DNA from: Spirochaetota bacterium
GTDB taxonomy: Bacteria; Spirochaetota; Brachyspiria; Brachyspirales; JACRPF01
Direction: 5' to 3'
NCBI GenBank assembly: GCA_038043445.1
Contig: JBBTBY010000072.1
Span: 29,887-93,886 of the forward strand
Length of the DNA stretch: 64,000 bases
This document shows positions 61,620 to 64,000 of the stretch, piece by piece. How positions within the stretch are numbered: position 1 is the stretch's first letter; the number at the start of each line of letters is the position of its first letter. The position numbers and the translations under genes were made by a program. The notes beneath the pieces were generated by a model. It made no database searches, was not told where the DNA came from, and saw only the letters and a program-made list of their open reading frames with translations.

Positions 61620-62587
61620 TGCTGGCCATAGCCGCTATGCATTCCCGAGCGCGCAATAAGGTCGTCGATGAGCGCGGTAAGCCCTTTGCTCGCTGCAGTC
61701 ACCGTCCGCACGGCGCGAAGCGCCTTCGAAAGATAATCGTATGCCAGGCGATTGTTCGCCTCGATGCCGCCGGCGTCCTCGATACAGCGCGTGAGGGCAT
61801 GCGCCTCTTTCGTACCGAAAGGTTTCGTTGCGGCAAGCGCCTTCATCATCCGCCTGTCCCTGAGCGGCGCCCTGCGCACCGCATGAATGAACGGATAGGT
61901 GAAGAACCCCTCGGCGATATCCTCCCCCGAAGGAAGATCGTTCGCGTCATCGAGGAGCTGAAAGGCCATGCCGAGATCGTAACCGAAGCGGCGTACCGCC
62001 GGGCGATTAAGCCCTTTGAGCACATCGACACCATAACCGCATATCTCGAAAAGGGCGGCTGTCTTCCCGCCGATGACCGAAAGGTACTGGTCGCGGCTCA
62101 CTTTATCGTTGCCGCGGAGCACATCTTCCTGTATCTGCGCTTCGCACATCGCACCGATGACGGCGAGCACTTTTTTGCTGAGCGGCCGGCAGTCGATGGC
62201 GTGGAAAAGCTCGAACGCGCGCACGAACACGAGATCGCCGAAGAGAACGGCCTGCGTATTGCCGAAGCCGTCATTGAGCGTCGCCATGCCGCGGCGCACG
62301 CGTTCATTATCGATGATGTCGTCGTGGATGAGACTTGCCGCATGGATGAGCTCGACACCGGCGGCGAAATCGATGATGGTGCGGTCGATACCGCCGGAGA
62401 CGCGGGCAAGGAGCAGTATCAGCGACGCGCGTATCATCTTGCCGTCATGCGAAAAGAAATGAGAGGAGAGCCGCGAAGTGACGCCCCGTTCGCCGGAGCA
62501 CATGGCACGCATACGCCTGCGGACGAGCGATAGTTCGCGGCCTATCTCCCTCCGGATGAGCTGATATTTCGTCTTGCCGTTCGCCAT
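61580..62587 (-). CDS. polyprenyl diphosphate synthase (IspB/HepT-like, trans-type)
   Basis: First Asp-rich motif LIHDDIIDN and second DDANDL. 335 aa. Confidence 0.85.
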   Translation of the reverse strand: MANGKTKYQLIRREIGRELSLVRRRMRAMCSGERGVTSRLSSHFFSHDGKMIRASLILLLARVSGGIDRTIIDFAAGVELIHAASLIHDDIIDNERVRRGMATLNDGFGNTQAVLFGDLVFVRAFELFHAIDCRPLSKKVLAVIGAMCEAQIQEDVLRGNDKVSRDQYLSVIGGKTAALFEICGYGVDVLKGLNRPAVRRFGYDLGMAFQLLDDANDLPSGEDIAEGFFTYPFIHAVRRAPLRDRRMMKALAATKPFGTKEAHALTRCIEDAGGIEANNRLAYDYLSKALRAVRTVTAASKGLTALIDDLIARSGMHSGYGQQWPPPAAPSWRKR

Positions 62588-62643
62588 AGCCTCGTCGTCC
62601 TCGGGTGATAATATATGAAAAAATTTCGCTGAGATCTATCCCG

Positions 62644-63663
62644 CTAGAATTTCATCCCGAATTTCTCTTCGATGAATTTCGTCAGGGCATACAGCTTTCG
62701 GAGGCTTACGAGCTTCAGCTTCTCGTCCTTCATGTTCTGCGTGGGCGAACCCCAAAGCAGGGAATTCGCGGGCACCTTCACATTGGACATGACGCCCGCC
62801 TGCGCCCCGATGACGGTCTTATCGCCGATATCGCAGTGATCGGAAATGCCGACCTGTCCGGCAAGAATGACGCCGCTGCCTATCCTCGTACTCCCCGCAA
62901 CGCCCACCTGCGCGACGATGACGGCGTGCTCGCCGACCGTGCAGTTATGCGCGATGTGCACAAGATTGTCGATCTTCGCACCGCGCTTGATGATGGTGGC
63001 GCCGAGCGTTGAGCGGTCTATCGTCGTGTTAGCGCCTATCTCGACATCATCCTCGATGATGACCTTCCCCTTCTGCGGTATCTTTTCGCGGCCGACGGGT
63101 GTTTCGCGATAACCGAAGCCGTCGCTGCCGATGACGGCGCCGGCATGGATGATAACATGCGAACCGATCTCCATGCCTGGATACAGCGTAACGTTCGGAT
63201 GAATGACCGTATCCGCACCGATGACAGAGCCCTTTCCGATGACGGCACCCGATTTGATGACAGAGCGCTCACCGATGACGACATGCTCGCCGATGACGAC
63301 ATTATCCTCGACACATGCCGAATGAGGCAGCTTCGCGCTCGATGCAACGGACGCTTTCGGCGAAACGCCGGGAGTGACAGCATCATCCGGATAGAAGAAC
63401 GTGAGCAGACGGAAGAACGCTTCCTTCGTATCGGGAACGATTATCTCCGTCTTTCCGCTCGCAAGCACCTTCGCCGTGACAATGGCAAGCGCGCGGGATG
63501 CGAGCACCGCGGGAAGGAATTTCTCGTCCTCAAGACATACGATCGATCCGTCGGCGATGGCGTCGGTGCCGGAGAACCCCGAAAACACGACGGAGGCATC
63601 GCCCTGCACGGTGCCTGAAAGGAATGATGCGACCTCGGCGGCGGTCCTTTTTACCAGTGACAT
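62644..63663 (-). CDS. lpxD: UDP-3-O-(3-hydroxyacyl)glucosamine N-acyltransferase
   Basis: 339 aa. N-terminal uridine-binding region followed by long hexapeptide repeats (IGxxxxIxxxxxIG...). Conserved HIAHN block ([10 protein letters not shown]). Classic position downstream of skp. Confidence 0.9.
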   Translation of the reverse strand: MSLVKRTAAEVASFLSGTVQGDASVVFSGFSGTDAIADGSIVCLEDEKFLPAVLASRALAIVTAKVLASGKTEIIVPDTKEAFFRLLTFFYPDDAVTPGVSPKASVASSAKLPHSACVEDNVVIGEHVVIGERSVIKSGAVIGKGSVIGADTVIHPNVTLYPGMEIGSHVIIHAGAVIGSDGFGYRETPVGREKIPQKGKVIIEDDVEIGANTTIDRSTLGATIIKRGAKIDNLVHIAHNCTVGEHAVIVAQVGVAGSTRIGSGVILAGQVGISDHCDIGDKTVIGAQAGVMSNVKVPANSLLWGSPTQNMKDEKLKLVSLRKLYALTKFIEEKFGMKF

Positions 63664-64000
63664 CTATTTCTTACCGGCTTCCTTTGCAAGCTGCTTGAGA
63701 TAATCGATGACCTTCATGCTGATATCGTATTCCGGCTCGGCGAACATGATCCCCGACTCTTCGCGGACGAATATCATGCTGTAGCCCTCTTTCCGTGCGA
63801 GCGCGCGCACCGCTTCGGATATCTTCCGGTTGGATTCCTTGAGATAATCATCGCCCTTCGCATTGATGGACTGCTCCTGCTCCTTCACGAGCTTGGTGAG
63901 CTCATCGTTCTTCCAGTCGATATCGTTGCGCAGCTCTTTCTTGCGGTTCTCCGAAAGCGTCGTGTCCGTATCCAGCCGCTGCTTCAGCTGCTTTATCTGC
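63664..64000 (-). CDS. skp: OmpH/Skp-family periplasmic chaperone; 5' end lies outside the window
   Basis: The frame stays open upstream of the tool's start to the window edge (QIKQLKQRLDTDTTLSENRKKELRNDIDWKNDELTKLVKEQEQ...). Coiled-coil K/E/Q-rich sequence. Stop abuts the lpxD start. Confidence 0.7.
   Translation of the reverse strand, partial: QIKQLKQRLDTDTTLSENRKKELRNDIDWKNDELTKLVKEQEQSINAKGDDYLKESNRKISEAVRALARKEGYSMIFVREESGIMFAEPEYDISMKVIDYLKQLAKEAGKK

Overview
Gene-dense 64-kb chromosomal segment with about 50 CDS and one tRNA, moderately GC-rich by eye. It comes from a diderm, saccharolytic bacterium: skp-lpxD, LPS-type glycosyltransferases, many lipoproteins and an exported cyclophilin are present. 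Phylum cannot be fixed from sequence alone. I found no rRNA, CRISPR array, integrase, transposase or phage genes.

Layout:
- 1-23.6 kb: glycan and sugar-acid utilisation genes. These include a ketose-epimerase-like gene, an MDR dehydrogenase, a beta-helix protein, an AraC regulator fused to a CBM9-like domain, a DUF4838 enzyme, and an enolase-superfamily dehydratase / LamG giant / GH127 / ALDH / IclR operon. Interrupting them are a c-di-GMP-linked TIGR03546/TIGR03545/HD-GYP operon, an S1/P1 nuclease and rlmI.
- 23.7-34.3 kb: an orphan 628-aa unknown protein, two tandem GH55-like beta-helix paralogs, an orphan ABC permease plus hypB, a GH3 enzyme and a TspO-like membrane protein.
- 34.6-48 kb: mixed metabolism and envelope genes (kdgK-like kinase, LEA_2 lipoprotein, GyrI-like lipoprotein, GNAT/YoaP, queH, degenerate GGDEF, GT2, MFS, guaA, and a cyclophilin / LysM / lipoprotein operon).
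- 48-64 kb: a GxxExxY nuclease cassette, tRNA-Ser(GCT), a FliO-like gene, PBP1A, GT2, a Pls/PosA-type single-module NRPS, Rrf2, a Cas4-like nuclease, an M50 protease, nnr, a polyprenyl synthase, lpxD and skp.

Most noteworthy:
1. A membrane-embedded epsilon-poly-lysine-synthetase-like NRPS. My hand-extracted specificity code looks Lys-like.
2. One imperfect inverted-repeat family (core CGGAGGRCRCAGAGAA) brackets both the GxxExxY PD-(D/E)XK gene and a 128-bp gene-less mini-cassette 14 kb away. This suggests a small cargo-plus-MITE-like element.
3. The uncharacterised TIGR03546/TIGR03545 pair is co-transcribed with a GAF-GAF-HD-GYP phosphodiesterase, and the large member is split by one in-frame TAG.
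4. An AraC regulator carries the same CBM9-like module as the enzyme gene it precedes.
5. An orphan NikB/DppB-like permease sits next to an orphan HypB.

All family assignments come from motif reading and memory. No database search was run.
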